A stretch of DNA of 64,000 nucleotides, from positions 43,086-107,085 of the IMG/VR virus record IMGVR_UViG_3300021431_000090. One strand, given 5' to 3'. Positions 62,609 through 64,000 of the stretch are shown piece after piece; the stretch's first letter is position 1; each line of letters begins with the position of its first letter. The notes under the pieces are model-generated. The model did not search any database. It saw only the letters and a list, made by a program, of their open reading frames with translations, and was not told the DNA's origin. This stretch comes from a virus. Lineage: Duplodnaviria > Caudoviricetes. The translations under genes and the position numbers were made by a program.

Positions 62609-62661
62609 GCACAATCGGTTGAATATCCACTCACGCCACGTGGAGGCTTGTGCATGTGAGC
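62609..62661 (-). ncRNA. minimal HDV-like ribozyme E
   Basis: GCUCAC AU GCACAA GCC UCCACGU GGC GUGAGU GG AUAUUCAA CCGA UUGUGC. Confidence 0.85.
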
Positions 62662-62716
62662 ATAAGGCAGAGATAAAAATCCCTGCCGATAAGATTCCTC
62701 ACGGAAAAAGGAAGCC

Positions 62717-63460
62717 TTACTTGGCTTCCTTGATTTCCCGCTGATCTACATCATATCCGGTTCCGCCGGTGAGGATACGATAGCATACCTTTTTCAGGTA
62801 ATTCCTCAGGGTCTTGTGGTTGGCCGCCGTGATGCCGGTTTTGCTCTTCTTGTTGTCGTTGGCATACACGTCGATGAGGTAATTCACATCATGTGAATTT
62901 CCCTTGAATTCCTCGCCGAGCATCTGACCGATAACGATATTCAGAGTCTTGAGGAGCTGGGTGTTGGAGCAGGGATTCTTGCCGAGGTCGATTTCCTTGG
63001 CGATCTGATTCATATAGAATGAATCGTTCTTGATGGTAGCGTTTACACGCTCGGCTGCACGGATGGTCAGATGATAGTTGAACTTCTCAGCGGTATAAAT
63101 CCACTTGGGGTCAGCGCCGATTCCCTCGAAACGCTTGTACAGGTCGCCGAGGTCGATAGGCTTTTCCGCATCTACGATAGAGCGGGTGATGTTCTTCGTG
63201 TCCTTGTCACGAACTTCCTTGACCTTAATGGTCGGATAGTTGAACTGAAGAATGGCCGCTTTCATCGGGTCTTCAGTCTTGCGAAGTGCCGCATAGCACT
63301 GTGCCTTGGAAACGCTTGCGAAATACGCAACGGCTTCCTCGAGATTGCTTTCAAACTTTGCCTTATCGGCAACGTTTTCAGCGTTGTCAGCAAGCTCAAG
63401 CTGCTGTTCTGCGATAACCTTGATCTCTGCAAGGTCGGTGGTTTTGATTTCGAAATTCAT
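62717..63460 (-). CDS. hypothetical early protein, probably highly expressed
   Basis: 247 aa; AAGGGAG SD; strongly biased codons. Confidence 0.75.
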   Translation of the reverse strand: MNFEIKTTDLAEIKVIAEQQLELADNAENVADKAKFESNLEEAVAYFASVSKAQCYAALRKTEDPMKAAILQFNYPTIKVKEVRDKDTKNITRSIVDAEKPIDLGDLYKRFEGIGADPKWIYTAEKFNYHLTIRAAERVNATIKNDSFYMNQIAKEIDLGKNPCSNTQLLKTLNIVIGQMLGEEFKGNSHDVNYLIDVYANDNKKSKTGITAANHKTLRNYLKKVCYRILTGGTGYDVDQREIKEAK

Positions 63461-63873
63461 TTTCTTTCTCCCTTTATAAATTATATTTGAGCCTTTGGCT
63501 CATTAGAGCAGACGAACGATCACGCTCGCCTGCCGTGTATGAACCAAAGCCCCATAGGGCTTAAATTTCGTTATCAATTACTCTGCATGCCCAACCATAT
63601 CCGCTTTTCGTGCTTTCTCATTCCTTGGAATCCATACGGCACCCTTGGGTGGATACTTGAACTATTACGGAAACAGCTTTGCAAGCTTTGTAACCCGAGC
63701 GCATTTTCAGTATGTGCACTCACACCATACCCCTAATTTGTCATCTAACTCGGGTTAACTCTTGGGGTGTTCACAAGCCGAACCATAAGCCTAACTCTTA
63801 TGCACCAAGCGCCGTCTTGATTTACAAGATAACCTTTTCTTTATAGTCTTTAAGGTAGACTCGAGAGTTTTGA

Positions 63874-64000
63874 CCTGTCGGGCGGTCGCTTCTCTCACCC
63901 TTAACCGCAAGGGGTGGGGTGTGGTCTGCTGTCGTCCTGTCGGGCGGTCGCTTCTCTCACCCTTAACCGCAAGGGGTGGGGTGTGGTCTGCTGTCGTCCT
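63874..64000. repeat. 62-bp exact tandem repeat running off the window
   Basis: Units 63874-63935 and 63936-63997 are identical; a third begins at 63998. Confidence 0.9.

Noticed and set aside
62587-62655. N-terminal extension of ORF 62374-62655 (and ORF 60550-60777)
   Set aside because: They run through ribozymes; SD-supported starts lie downstream, at 62586 and 60620
60648-62661. Repeated intergenic motif as a CRISPR array or promoter/operator repeats
   Set aside because: Spacing is irregular with ORFs in between, and the variation is compensatory base pairing that fits an HDV fold

Overview
The window is part of a large temperate phage with a probable Clostridia/Firmicutes host. Phage genes lie on both sides of an intact attP, so it is not a prophage junction. 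The + strand block (1-8.7 kb) holds the end of the tail/lysis module: a DGR-type target gene plus Avd with no TR or DGR-RT in the window, a Xer-like recombinase, an endolysin and holins. Next come an attP matching the 3' half of tRNA-Pro, the integrase and the excisionase. A long minus-strand arm follows, with nucleotide metabolism and uptake genes (dUTPase, BMP lipoprotein, NCS2 permease, NrdDG), PhoH, ClpP-like, DnaE, primase, helicase, SSB, ERF, a CI-like switch, a MazF-like gene, IscS, three tRNAs and many small early genes. Three observations stand out. (1) A retron-type reverse transcriptase (52282-53445) has three separate msr/msd-like ncRNA cassettes (53472-53829, 49335-49556, 48757-49113). 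They share the RT-recognition hairpin and branch-G geometry but have different closing repeats and different template regions. (2) A complete ubiquitin-like operon (Ubl, E2, JAB, E1) lies directly upstream of the RT in the same orientation. (3) Five, perhaps six, minimal HDV-like ribozymes with full covariation sit between genes of the early operon and are not tRNA-associated. All calls come from motif reading by eye; no database searches were run.
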